Source of the DNA: Octopus sinensis
Taxonomy: Eukaryota
Assembly (NCBI RefSeq): GCF_006345805.1
Contig: NC_042997.1
Span: forward strand, 195,052,001-195,116,000
Length of the DNA: 64,000 bases
Reading direction: 5' to 3'
Shown: piece by piece, positions 49,801-63,390 of the stretch
Layout of the letters: each line of letters begins with the position of its first letter
Numbering within the stretch: the stretch's first letter is position 1
Notes under the pieces: generated by a model
Told to the model about the DNA's origin: nothing
Databases searched by the model: none
What the model saw: only the letters and a program-made list of their open reading frames with translations
Position numbers and translations under genes: made by a program

Positions 49801-52587
49801 GTTAGCACGTCGGGCGAAATGCTTAGCGGTATTTCGGCTGCCGTTACGTTGTGAGTTCAAATTCCACCGAGGTCGACTTTGCCTTTCATCCTTTCGGGGT
49901 CGATAAATTAAGTACCAGTTAAGCACTGGGGTCGATATAATCAACTTAATACCTATGTCTGTCCATGTTTGTCCCCTCTATGTTTAGCCCCTTGTGGGTA
50001 ATAAAGAAATAGGTATTAGGTTTAGTTCCATTAAGTGGTACCATGGGCAGGTGTCTTCTCCTGTAGCTCCAGGAGACAAGCTGAAAGAAGCTCATCATAT
50101 ATGTATGTGTATGTATACATTCAAGTGAAGGCACATGGCTTTGTGGTTAGAGTATTCGGCTCACAATCGTATGGTCAGGAGTTCAATTCCTGGTGACGCA
50201 TTTTGTCCTTGAGCAAGACACTTTATTCCCTGTTACTTCAGTCCACTCCCCTGGCAAAAATGAGTAGTACCTGTATTTCAAATGGCCAGCCTTGTCACAT
50301 TCCGTGTCACGCTGAATCTCCCCGAGAACTACGTTAAGGGTGCACATGTCTGTGGAGTGCTCAGCCACTTGCATGTTAATCTCACAAGCATGCTGTTCCG
50401 TTGATCAGATCACCTGGAACCTTCATCGTCATAATCAACAGAATATCAGTATATATAAAGCACCATCCGACCGTGGTCGTTTGCCAGCCTCGTCTGGCAC
50501 GTAAAAAGCACCCACTACACTCATGGAGTGGTTGGCGTTAGGAAGGGCATCCAGCCGTAGAAACATTGCCAGATCAGACTGGGCCTACTGCAGCCTTCTG
50601 GCTTCCCAGACCCCAGTTGCACCGTCCAACCCATGCTAGCATGGAAAGCAGACGCTAAACGACGATGATGATGATGATGATATATGTCTATGTTACTGTC
50701 TCCCTGACTTGACTTACATTGCATGATGGCTGTAAGCAAACATCCCCATCATGCAAATAGCGTCCTTTATTTCTAGTCTTCCCAGACATGTTTGGTTATT
50801 AGGAAATATTCACCTTGCCTGAAAACAGGTGAGAATTGGCAACAAAAAGGGCTTCAAGCTGTTGAAATTCCATCATCGTAGTGGGCATGGAAAAGAGCAC
50901 ATTAAAATGATGATGATCTAAATGCATAAAAGCACCATCCGTTCGTGTCCGTTGCCAGCCTCGCCTGGCCCCGTGCTGGTGACACGTAAAAGCACCATCC
51001 ATTCGTGGCTGTTTGCCAGCTCTGTCTGGCACCTGTGCGGGTGGCACGTAAAAAGCACCCACTACACTCACGGAGTGGTTGGCGTTAGGAAGGGCATCCA
51101 GCCATAGAAACACTGCCAGATCTGACTGGGCCTGATGAAGCCTTCCAGCTTCACAGACCCCAGTTGAACCGTCCAACCCATGTTGGCATGGAAAACGGAT
51201 GCTGAATGATGATGATGATGATGATTTATGCAACACACACATACACACACACACTCACTCACTCAAAGAAACAAGTGCTACATGTTTATACTTGTATGTC
51301 AACGCATGTATGACACATGTTAAATATTTCTAAATATAAGAAATACTTTAAGTGCTTTACATGTTTTATCAACCATGGTGAAATTTATAATCAAATGTGA
51401 GATAAATTGATTACTGTAGTGCAATAAACCTGGTTTTCTGTTATATCATTCGTGTCTACTGTCCTAATTAACACAAAGATTAAATATGTAACAAGAGAGC
51501 TTTACAGGGTCATATAAACTGTTAGGAATAGCAGCCAAATCTCTCACAGATTATATCCTGTCACCTAAAAGTAAAGATACCTTGTCTAATATCTTTATCT
51601 TTTAAAGGTGGCGAGCTGGCAGAAACGTTAGCACGCCAGGTGAAATGCTTGGCAGTATTTCGTCTGCCGCTACGTTCTGAGTTCAAATTCCGCTGAGGTC
51701 GACTTTGTCTTTCATCCTTTCGGGGCCGATAAATTAAGTACCAGTTACACACTGGGGTTGATGTAATCGACTTAATACCTATGTCTGTCCTTGTTTGTCC
51801 CCTCTGAGTTTAGCCCCTTGTGAGTAGTAAAGAAATAGGTATTTCGTCTGTCTTTCCATTCCGAGTTCAAATTCCACCGAGGTCGACTTTCATCCTTTCG
51901 GGGTCGATAAATTAAATACCAGCTGCATACTGGGGTTGATCTCATTGACTGCCCCCACTCCCCGAAAATTTCGGGCCTTGTGCCTAGAGTAGGAAAGAAT
52001 ATCTTTATCTTTTACTTGTTTCAGTCATTTGACTATGGACCTTGGTGAAGCGCCACCTTGAAGGGTTTTAAGTTGAACAAACCCAGTGCTTATTTTATGA
52101 GCCTGGTATTTAATCTATCGGCCCCTGTGGCCAAACTGCTAAGTTGTGATGTAAACAAACCAACATCGGCTGTGAAGTGTTGATGAAAAAGAAAGGCAAA
52201 CACACACACATGGCAGGTTTCTGCTCAGTTTCCTTTTTACCAAATTCACTTACAAGGCATTAGTAGGCCCAGAGCTATAGCAAAAGATACTTGCCCAAGG
52301 TGCCACACAGTGGGACTGAACTCAAAACCATGTGGCTGGGAAGCAAGCTTCTTAAACAGACAGTCATGCCTGTATCAATAAATATATTTCTAGATAAACT
52401 ATACATGATAATATGAGAGAGTCATGGCTGGAATACTGTTACCATAGAGGTCTGCTTGATCCAGGTCATGACCTAGGGCTAAACAATTTTCACTTAGAGA
52501 AGGTATTTTTACATCTTCATTGAAATGGATTTTCACAAGCTGGCGCCACATTAAAAGTACTGGTGCCATGTAAAAGGCTGACATTAA

Positions 52588-53290
52588 CCCTTTCAATACC
52601 TATTTCTTTACTACCCACAAGGGGCTAAACACAGTGAGAACAAACAAGGACAGACAAACGGATTAAGTCAATTATATTGACCCCAGTGTGTAACTGGTAC
52701 TTATTTAATCCACCCTGAAAGGATGAAAGTCGACCTCGGTGGAACTTGAACTCACAACGTATAGGCAGACGAAATACCGCTAAGCATTTTGCCCGGTGTG
52801 CTAACGCTTCTGCCAGCTCACCACCTTGACCAATGCCAACCTGGCTTAAACCGTGTCTGGCTCTGTATTACAAATGTTTTGTTTTTGTAAGTTTTGAATT
52901 AAAATCTTCCACCAAACTCAAGTCATAATTTATGTACCTAACACCAGCTTAGTGATAACTAAGTTATTTCACTAAATTCTTTGTTATATTTAAAATTAAT
53001 TGAAAGAAACACAGAATATCTCAATAGAAATATGGTAACAAAATGGTTAGCAAATGATTAATTTAACCCTTTTGATACCAACCCGGCTGAAACCACCTCT
53101 GGTTCTGTAGTACAAATGTCTTGTTATCATAAGTTTTTGAATTAAAATCTTCCGCCAAACCTTAATGACAATTTATGTACCTAACACCAGCTTAATGATA
53201 ACCAAGTTATTTTACTAAATTCTTTGTTATATTTAAAATTAATTGAAAGAAACACAGAATATCTCAAAAGAAATATGGTAACAAAAGGAT
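52588..53290. mobile_element. Two adjacent piggyBac-like MITEs (the first interrupted by a SINE); partial third copy 57771-57961
   Basis: TTAA-CCCTTT starts at 52588 and 53067, a shared ~220-bp body, and an AAAGGG-TTAA end at 57961. Confidence 0.75.
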
Positions 53291-53465
53291 CAAAAGATGA
53301 TGACTCATGTAAGACATACTCACACACACACAGACATATATTTATACATACATGACACCTGTTGAATATACCTAGATACAATAAATACTTAAAGCAGGTT
53401 TACTGACTTGCATTAATTAAAGTACCTGACACCTGCTACTTACTGATACAACTTTGTATTAATAA

Positions 53466-56400
53466 CACTAGTCAACAAAAAAATATTTTGAAATGGTGTC
53501 GCGACATCAAATATCTTTTTTTAGCTAATTCAAGGACACTGAATCTTGATTAGCTACCATTTTTGCTGTACAGAAATGCCTCATTTTTGGGAAAAAAAGC
53601 ATTTTTTTTTTTCATTTGTTTTCTGTATATTTGATATTGATCGATGGTAATATTTCCCAAAGTAAAATCATAGAAACCTCTCAATTCGTATTTAAACCAA
53701 CAAATATTGGTCTGCTTATTGAGAAATACTATTTTTGCCATAACAATCAGACCCTAAGTCTTTAAAAATAACACGATTGAATTTACTAAGACCAACAAGT
53801 ATTTTCATGAAATCATTAAATAAACTAACAGCAGAAATAAAAACCTTTGTGAATATAAGAACCATGGTAAACATTTTCTCTTTCTTGATTGTCTGTTATG
53901 TTCAATGTTATTTAAGTGCCTTTTAATACTCCAGCAGTAGTCAGCCATCATTCGTTTGTCCTACCGTCCCTTGTAGCGCTCTTCTATCGTTTTGATATCC
54001 TGATGGAATTGTTCTCCTTTCTCGTCACTCACATTGCCGCAATTATCCAGAAATTTATCTAGCTGGATATGTAAAAAAATTAACTTTAATACACATATTA
54101 GTGCCTACGCCCTATAGACTTTTCAACAGCTTTTCCACTAACTCCTTGTAGTTTTCGGCCCGGTGATTTCCTTAGAAGTCTTGCATATCATGTGATCACG
54201 TGACCGACCAGACCATCAGATGTTGTTACACATCGCTGGTCACAATGCGTTCGCATTGTTTTAGCCTTCGAATGACGCCACCCCGCTGGCTAAGCGAGCA
54301 GGCCAACAGAAGAAAGAGTGGTGAAAGAGTACAACAGGGATCACCACCCCCTGCCGGAGCCTCGTGGAGCTTTTAGGTGTTTTCGCTCAATAAACACTCA
54401 CAACGCCCAGTCTGGTAATCGAAACCGCGATCCTGCGACCGCGAGTCCGCTGCCCTAACCACTAGGCCATTGCGCCTCCAAGAAGTTTTGCGTGTAAATA
54501 GAACGAAGATTGATAAAAAAGTTTAAAAGATTATGAATAAAACATGGGTGATAATGTACAAAAGGTGGTATACCAAGGACATGAGAACGGTACTACTGGA
54601 AAACAAAAAAAGCAGAGATATTATTGGACTTATCGAATATAAAAAATACTGAAATGTACTTTGAGTTCAAGGTTATGCTGAAAACCATAAAATTCAATGA
54701 TTTGGTGGAAACACATCGATTTTTTTTTTTTTTAAAGTAGCTGTGTGGTAAGTAGCTTGCTAACCAACCACATGGTTCCGGGTTCAACCCTACTGCGTGG
54801 CATCTTGGGCAAGTGTCTTCTGCTATAGCCCCAGGCCGACCAATGCCTTGTGAGTGGATTTGGTAGACGGAAACTGAAAGAAGCCTGTCGTATATATATG
54901 TATATATATATATGTGTGTGTTTGTGTGTCTGTGTTTATCCCCCTAGCATTACTTGACAACCGATGCTGGTGTGTTTACGTCCCCGTCACTTAGCGGTTC
55001 GGCAAAAGAGACCGATAGAATAAGTACTGGGCTTACAAAGAATAAGTCCCGGGGTCGATTTGCTTGACTAAAGGCGGTGCTCCAGCATGGCTGCAGTCAA
55101 ATGACTGAAACAAGTAAAAGAGAAAAAAAATGATACGTACATGAACATAAGAACAGCAAAATGGAACTGCGAGCTTTGGGGGGCTTGTAAGCCCTTACAT
55201 TTTTTTCATTCGATTTTATTGTCATACACATTTTCATTTATTCGTTTTATGTAGCCCCACCTTTTGTGTTGTCCGTCTTCGTATTGTCCCCTCTTTTTTT
55301 TAGGCTAAATGCCTATAATAAAGATATTAAGAAGTTTTGCACCACATCAACAAATGATGTCCAAGTGCATAATTCCAAGTCATTCGTTGAATTAACAAAT
55401 TCATCATCCTTAATGAGTTTCCTGAGATCAGGACCATCAAACATTCCTGCTTTGAGATTTTCCTGGAAGTCCTGGAAATGATTTACATAATATACCTAAT
55501 ATACTCAAAGCATAATATACTCAAAACATTTACTTTCTTTGTTGAGTGATTTTACATACAATTCATTAATTCTAATTTGATATGCAAGGGAGGGAAGATG
55601 ACTTTTTTCTTTCAGAACTAGCACTGCACTAATAACGTTCTTTTCACTGACCTTCAACTCTCAGGGTGGCCAATCTTTCCTTTTCTAGTGTTCCTCTTTT
55701 GCTCTACTGTCCTGCAATCACTGACACTCAATGTCATTGCAAAGAATAAGATCTGTGTCTCATTAAAGAATGGTACAAGTTCAGCATCCCTATTTCGATA
55801 GAATGTTACCTTTGTGCCTTTTGCTAACAGGTGTTTTTCATTGAGCCTAGAGGCCAAAAGTTCTGCTGGTTCTTTGCTTAGATTTAAGTCTCAAACCAAA
55901 TCATTCAGCTCATTTTGGTTAAACGGCTCTGGCACGGTTTTGGGAACATAGTCAGGATCGTTTTTGCTGTGTCTCTCATTTACATCAGTATCAGATTCGT
56001 CACTTTCAACAAGTTTTAACAAATTTTCATGAAAAACTGGGATTGGCAAATCGTCAGAGTAGTTCTTTGGCTCACGCCAGATCATAGGAATAGCGAATCT
56101 CAGCAATTTTCGGGTCCTGAAGTCCACTGTCTCATGTGTTCCAAACATGTCTTGCAAACAATGTGAGGGCCCCATGATTTCTCCTGATCACCTAGCTTGA
56201 CATGAAAGTAAGCACAATAGTCTTTCTTGTAGAAGTCAGATATCGGTTTCCTGTTGGTTTTCAGTATGAACTCACCGCATGTATAGCAAAATAATTTGGG
56301 ATCATTTTTGCACCCTCTCATTGAAACCATGTCATTTGATATCTATCTCTGTGATTAAGGAAATTTAGGAAATTTGATCTTTCCTAATGTCCTACAGAAA

Positions 56401-57090
56401 GACTTGTAAAACTGTCAATAACAAAAGACGGAAAGAGTCGTTACACCGATTCTACTTTGTATCTTTGTAATCCCGCGTGGAGGGCAGATGTTATAGTGAA
56501 ACCATTTTCATGGTGTTCATCATGTACAATGGAATAGGTGCATTCAATTGAGATGTCTTTAGTTGGAGTATTTTTTCCAACTGTGAAAACAAAAGCTCTT
56601 AATATGCTTCCTTTTCCTTCCATATTGAAGGGATAAAATTGATGGGATAAATTTATGAATATCAAACAGAAGATTTTAAAGTTTCATTTTTTTTATGTCA
56701 CCTTAATTATCAGATTTACCAAAGTGTGTTACTGATAAAGTTTATCAGTTAATTTGAATTTTGGTAATAAATTGGAAAAATTAAGTACTTCTATTTTAAA
56801 AGTTATGGCTCAAATATGCTTTTTTTCTGATAAAAATAGTTTATTTCAGGTGGCTAACATAAATTGCTCAGCCTACCTGAAAATTCATGGGTTTCTACTA
56901 CCTTTTTAATTAAATTTTGCAGTCAGCCAAGATCGTAAATTGATCTTTTTCCCAAAAATGAGCAATTTCAGTGGAGCAAAAATGGTAGCTAACCATGAAA
57001 AACTAAGGTCATTTTTGGAATTAGCACCATCAAATTAGCTAAAAAAAAACGTGTTTTGTTTCTTGGCCCCAAAAATCTTGTTGACCAGTG
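53466..57090 (-). mobile_element. Chapaev3-like (CMC) DNA transposon, internally deleted, with nested SINEs
   Basis: TIR cact(a/g)gtcaacaa and 3-bp TAA TSD at 53463 and 57091. Transposase remnants CKNDPKLFCYTCGE..WGPHIVCKTC, PMIWREP, ELNDLV..SRL, KAGMFDGP, SDEKGEQFHQDIK..MMADYCW. The superfamily assignment is from recalled motif and TSD rules. Confidence 0.78.
54185..54480 (-). mobile_element. tRNA-SINE family C (representative copy)
   Basis: Head tggaggcgcaatggcctagtggttagggcagcggactcgcgg with B box ggtttcgatt; 11-bp TSD agaagt(c/t)ttgc. Others near 2100-2548, 27399, 28161, 34800, 36990. Confidence 0.88.
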
Positions 57091-58107
57091 TAACAATGGG
57101 ATTCAGTTGTTGGTTGTTCATGAAAGTTACAATAAAATGTCATATTTGTGACATTCTAAACAGAAAATGGGATAGACAGATGATTGGAAATGCAGAGCCC
57201 TTCCCTGGTGAAAAATGTATAACCCAGCCTAGGTTAGTGACTTTAAATTTATAGCTTGAAGGGCTCAGAGACACAAACCAGTATAACAAAGGAAGATATG
57301 AAGCTTAAAGATCCATTGAATAATTAGAACTTAGAGGAGTACTGGGTGATAAGAGGAAGTGATAAAGATTAACATAGGTGCAGGAGGGGTGAGCTGGTAG
57401 AAATGTAAATACCAGTTACACACTGGGGTCGATATAATTGACTTAATCCATTCGTCTGTCCTTGTTTGACCCCTCTGTGTGTAGCCCCTTGTGGGCAGTA
57501 AAGAAATAAGAAGCTTGCTTCCCAACCATATGGTCCCAGGTTCAGTCCCGCTGCGTGACACCTTGGACAAATGTCTTCTACTATAGCCTCGGGCCAACCA
57601 AAGCCTTGTGAGTGGATTTGGTGGGTAGAAACTGAAAGAAGCCCATCGTATGTATGTATTTGTGTATCTATGTTTGTACCCCCACAAATACTTGACAACC
57701 GATGCTGTTGTGTTTACATCCCTGTAACTTAGTGGTTTGGTAATAGAGACCAATAGAATAAATACTAGGCTCTGGCTCTGTTGTACAAATGTCTTGTTTT
57801 CCTTAGTTTTGAATTAAAATCTACCACCAAACCTTAGTCACAATTTATGTTCCTAACACTAGCTGAATGATAACTAAGTTATTTTACTAAATTCTTTGTT
57901 ATATTTAAAATTAATTGAAAGAAACACAGAGCATCTCAACAGAAATATGGTAACAAAAGGGTTAAAGTATAGAATGGATTCTCCAAGCTGAGCCAACTGG
58001 CAGAAGACCCAGGAGTTGGCCAAAAGTAAAATGGTTGCATAAAATCAGTTAGTCCTACCTGGGAATCCAGCCAGAAAGTCTAATGATGGCTGCATCTAAT
58101 AGAATCC

Positions 58108-58462
58108 TATGTAGGGAAGTGGCTAAGAACTCTACACCCACAAAGTTCCCAGGAATGATGGGTGATGGATGGTTAAATTAGGAAAGACTTCACAAATTAT
58201 CTTTTTTGTAGGGCTTCAGAGACTTTTGGGGAAGGGAGAAAGTTATCCTCAGAGCAAAGAACCTACCACAAATACTCTGTGTAGGGAAGTGGCTAAGAAC
58301 TCTACACCCACAAAGTTCCCAGGAATTATGGGTGGAGATTATGGATGATGGATAGTTAAATTAGGAAAGACTCCACAAATTATCATTTTTGTAGGGCTTC
58401 AGAGGCTTTTGGGGAAGGGAGAAAGTTATCCTTCTAGCAAGAACCTACCACAAATACTCTTT
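58108..58462. repeat. Tandem duplication of a ~170-185-bp unit
   Basis: tgtagggaagtggctaagaactctacaccc...cacaaatactct occurs twice. Confidence 0.9.
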
Positions 58463-59983
58463 GAGGAATCTTTTAGTCAGGAGGAAAGGTGGTATGCATG
58501 ATCCTTCACATGGCCTCCAAGAGGCATGGGAGGGAGGAAGATATTCTCAAACCAGAGACATGGTATGGCTTATTGCAACAGGAATTACAGATACTTACAT
58601 ATTTTAATTTAATTTGCATGGTAAGGCGGCAAGCTGGCAGAATCATTACCAGAGTTGGTAAAATGTTTAGTGGTATTTCTTCTCATTCTACATTCTGAGT
58701 TCAAATGCTTTCATCCTTTTGAGGGTTGATGAAATAAGTACCAGTTGAGCACTAGGGCCGATGTAATTGATTTATCGCCTCCCCCAAAATTGCTGGCCTT
58801 GTGCTGAAATTTGAAACCAATATACTTTGCATTGTGTAATTTGAGAATTTTTTAGTGATATATCGTAAAGCTATGCATAAAAACACAAACGCATAGATAG
58901 CTACAGATAGATATACAGAGAGATATACAGATATATAGAGAGACAGATAGATATACAGATAGATGGATAGATTGATAGACAGACAAATAGAAAGAAAGAA
59001 TGCGAAAAGGATAATTTTGACAGGAAATTTCTACTAAAACTCAGTCAGCTGACTGTGTGGAGGAGCAGGGAGAAGAGGGTTGTAGAATTGTGTATGCGTG
59101 TGTGTGTGTATGTGTGTGTATAAATAATATAAACAGTGTAAGTTTGTATAATACTACCAAGAGGTTTAATATACTATTGTAATGAAATTATCGAAAGAAA
59201 TTTATTTTATTTTCAAACATAAGTATCATGTGACACTCGTACATATATTACATATTTATATATGTATAAACATATGCTTCCACACACACATACACACACA
59301 AGCATACAACTATATACATACACTTGACATATATACGCGCATGTTAAAATCTATTCACATAAACATACATACATCTGTGAACACATGACCTCATGATCCT
59401 ATAGTAGGACAGCCAGCCATCATTCACGAGAGAAAATGGCTTGGCAATATTTACTATGCTTTTGCTGATATTTTATAGGTGAAGGCACATGGCTCAGTAG
59501 TTGGAGTGTTGGGTTTATAATAATGAGGTTGTGAGTTCGATTCCTGGACAGGGCTGTATATTGTGTTTTTGAACAAGGCACTTTATTTCACATTGCTCAA
59601 GTGGAAACAGCTGCCAAGTTGTATCGGACTTTACCTTTCCTTTGATGCATGGAGAAGGGAGTCTGGTATGCATGGGTGACTGCTGGTCTTCACTGAACAA
59701 CCTTGCACGGACTTGTGCCTCAGAGGGTAACTTACCAGCTGCAATTTCATGGTCATTTAATGACTGAAGGGGATCTTTACCTTTCCTATATTGCTGGGAG
59801 CAGAAATAGACATTCTCTTGGCTGCCTTAGCCATGACTCTATGGAGCATCCAAGATGTGACATTTGGAGATAGAGACTCCATTGTCTTTCCTGACATGTT
59901 TTCTATGGCTAGATGCCCTTCCTAACACATTACAATGTATACTTGGTGCTTTGTACAAGGCACTTGCACAATTCCTTATTAGA

Positions 59984-60486
59984 GGGCACCAGCACTTATT
60001 ATGTGGTACTAGCACTAGTGCTTTTATGTGGCGCTGGCACCAGTGCTTTTTATGTGGGACTGGCACCAGTGCTGTTTACGTGGTACCGGCACCAGTGCTT
60101 TTTACATGGCACCAGCACCAGTACTTTTTACGTGGCACCATCACCAGTGCTTTTTACATGGCACCAGCACCAGTACTTTTTACGTGGTACCAGCACCAGT
60201 GCTTTTTACGTGGTACCAGCACCAGTGCTGTTTATGTGGTACAGGCACCAGTGCTTTTTAGCTGGCACCAGCACCAGTGCTTTTTAGCTGGCACCAGCAC
60301 CAGTGCTTTTTACGTGGTACCAGCACCAGTGCTTTTTACGTGGTACCAGCACCAGTGCTGTTTACGTGGTACCAGCACCAGTGCTGTTTATGTGGTACCA
60401 GCACCAGTGCTGTTTACGTGGTACAGGCACCAGTGCTTTTTACGTGATACCGGCACCAGTGCTTTTTACGTGGCACCATCACCAGT
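59984..60486. repeat. 26-bp minisatellite (~19 copies) in a minus-strand family E element
   Basis: tggtaccagcaccagtgctttttacg at 60185, 60211, 60237 and neighbouring positions. Confidence 0.93.
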
Positions 60487-61515
60487 AATAATATGTATAC
60501 ATATGGTGGTGAGCTGGCAGAACCATTAGCCCACCAGACTAAATACTTAGCAGCATTTCATCCGTCCTTATGTGTCTGAGTTCAAATTCTGCTGAGGTTG
60601 ACTTTGCCTTTCATCCTTTTGGGGGGTCAATAAAATAAGTACCAGTTAAGCACTGGGGGCCAATGTAATCAACTTATCACCTCCCCAACAAATTTCAGGA
60701 CTTGTGCCTATAGTAGAAAGGATTAATGATGTGTGTGTGTGTGCATGTGCGTGTGTGTGTATGTGTGTGTGTTTGTGTGTGTGTGTGTATTCTTCAGCTG
60801 TACCTGTTTGGCGAGTTATTTGATGTGAGGTTTGTGCATTGTGACTCTAACGATGATTATTATTCACATAGACCGAATGTAGTTGTCAGACTGTTACGTT
60901 CACAATTACTATATCATTGTTTTGCATTAATAAATGTAGGTTATTTTCTTATCAAAGCCTTTCATCATTCTTCAGTGATCTTGTCTCTGCCACCCTACTT
61001 TAGTCGCTCTCTGCATGTCACAATAATACCTCCTTATTTCTGAATGTCAGTTGTTGCTCACAAGCAAGTGTGATTCCTAGCTTGCACATAGCTTTTTACA
61101 CTAATTGCTTTAGCTGTCTCTCTGTGCCCATATGGTTGTGATGAGATAAGATGCCCTCTTGGCCCTGCCACTTTTGACACGGAGGAACATGCATACATGT
61201 TTGTGTGTGTCTGTGTGTGTGTGTGTGTGTGTGTATAGCCTAGTGGTCAGGCTGTTGCACTCACAGTTTCAAGGTTGTGGTTTCAATTCCTGCATGGTAC
61301 ACTGTGTTCTTGAGCAAATCACTTCAGCTTGCCTTGCATTACTCTGCATTCACTTCGACACCTAATGCATGATACACAGTTCACCTGTTTGGGCAATGTC
61401 AATTTGATGGAGAGGGTGAGCTAATGTACAACACATACATTCGATTACTATAAACAAATCATTTGTGCCTGTCAGGGTTGACTTTGCCTTTCATCCTATA
61501 TATATATATATATAT

Positions 61516-61840
61516 GGCTCAGTGGTTAGAGCGTCGAGCTTACGATCGTGAGGTTGTGATCTCGAATCCCGGACCGGGCTGCGTGTTGTGTTCTTGAGCA
61601 AGACACTTTATTTCACATTGCTCCAGTTAACTCAGCTGTAGAAATGAGTTGCGACATCACGGGTGCCAAGCTGTATCGGCCTTTGCCTTTCCCTTGGATA
61701 ACACTGGTGGCGTGGAGAGGGGAGGCCGGTATGCATGGGCGACTGCTGGTCTTCCTTAAAACCACCTTGCCCAGACTTGTGACTAGGAGGGTAACTTTCT
61801 AGGTGCAATCCCATGGTCAGTGTCGTGACCGAAGGGGGTC
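61516..61840 (+). mobile_element. tRNA-SINE family D (representative copy)
   Basis: tggctcagtggttagagcg head and gttcttgagcaagacac core. Others near 10890, 50125, 59478, 61235. Confidence 0.85.
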
Positions 61841-63124
61841 CCAATATATATATATATATATTAGAATAAGTACTGGGCTTACAAAAGAATAAGTCCCGGG
61901 GTCGATTTGCTCGACTAAAGGCGGTGCTCCAGCATGGCCACAGTCAAATGACTGAAACAAGTAAAAGACTAAAAGAGTATATATATATTTGTGCAGGTCG
62001 TTCAGCAATGGCTGAACATTCAATATGTTGTCTTCGATAGTAGAGTCCAGGCCTAGTGGTCAGGGTGTTGCATTCACAATTCGAAGATTGTGATTTCAGT
62101 GTTGAAATCCTCCCTCTCATATGTGACTCTTCTGTCCGAAGTCAATCGCCATGATAGATCGTTAGCCACTACACACATTTTTTTCTCTCCTTGTTTTTTC
62201 TGTGTCCCTTTCTGTAAAAGAGCGTAGGCTCGAAACGTAAAAGACTTTTTCTACTCCTGAGCATTATACTAATACATCTGTTTGTTTTGTACACCACCTG
62301 TCTTTGTCTTTTGCTTATTTCGTACTCTCCCTATATATATATATATATATATATATATTTCTTCGACAGGAGAGTCCAGGCTTAGTGGTCAGGGTGTTGC
62401 ACTCACAATTCCAAGATTGTGATTTCAGTGTTGAACTGGACTGGTGGGACCAATGTTGTTGATGTTCAGCTTAAACAAACTAGGACCATGGTGGTGGTGG
62501 TGGTGGGGGGAATAAGAAATGAGCTGGGAGGGACTTTATGGGTAGGAGGGATTAGGGCCAGTAGTTAATGAAAGGCATATGAAGGGCTACACATAAAATG
62601 GATGATGAGAAATGAGGCAAATGATTGGATGCATTTGCACTGAGAAACAGGGGCCACTTATGCTTTTTCTGTTGTAGACATTATTATCATCATCAGTTAA
62701 TGTCCATTTTTCCCATGCTCGTAAGGGTCAGATGGAATTTGTTGAGATAGGATTTCTATGGACAGGTTCCCTTCTTGTCACCGACCATCAGGCGATGGTC
62801 TAGACAAGGGTGTACACACATGCACACACAATGGGCTTCTTTCAGTTTCCATCTAACTAATCCACTTACAAAGCTTTTGGCTGGTTTGAAGTTATAGTTG
62901 AAGACATTAGCCCAAGGTATCACACAGTGAGACTGAACTGAAGTTCACACAGTTGGCTATCAGATTTTTAACCTGATAGCCACACCTGTACCTACCAGTA
63001 ACACACAGCCCGGTCCAGGATTCAAACTCACAACCTCATGACCGTAAGCTCAACGCTCTAATCACTGAGCCATGCACCTTCACTAATTTTATCAATTTAT
63101 ATATATATATATATATATATATCA

Positions 63125-63390
63125 TCAACATCATCATCATTTAACGTCCGTTTTCTATGCTAGCATGGGTTAGACGGTACGACCAGGGTCTGGTAAGCTA
63201 TGGAGGCTGCACCAGGCTCCAGTTTGATTTGGCAGTGTTTCTACAGCTGGATGCCCTTCCTAACGCCAACCACTCCATGAGTGTAGTGGGTGTTTTTATG
63301 TGCCACCGGCACTGGCCAGAGCAGGCTGGCAAACGGCCACGATCGGTTGGTGCTTTTACGTGTCACCGACACGGACGCCAGTCAGGCGGC
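63125..63390 (-). mobile_element. Family E non-autonomous retroposon with an RTE-like (GAT)n tail (representative copy)
   Basis: ttaggaagggcatccagctgtagaaac...ccaacccatgctagcatggaaa..ggacgttaaa(cgatgat)n. Others near 40610, 45740, 50455, 50915, 63820. Confidence 0.8.

Noticed and set aside
58108-58462. Possible second ribozyme-bearing tandem repeat (CTGAGGA on the minus strand near 58250)
   Set aside because: No stem II, GAAA or stem III arrangement follows the motif.
59864-60529. 221-aa ORF and overlapping ORFs
   Set aside because: Artefact of a stop-poor 26-bp minisatellite.
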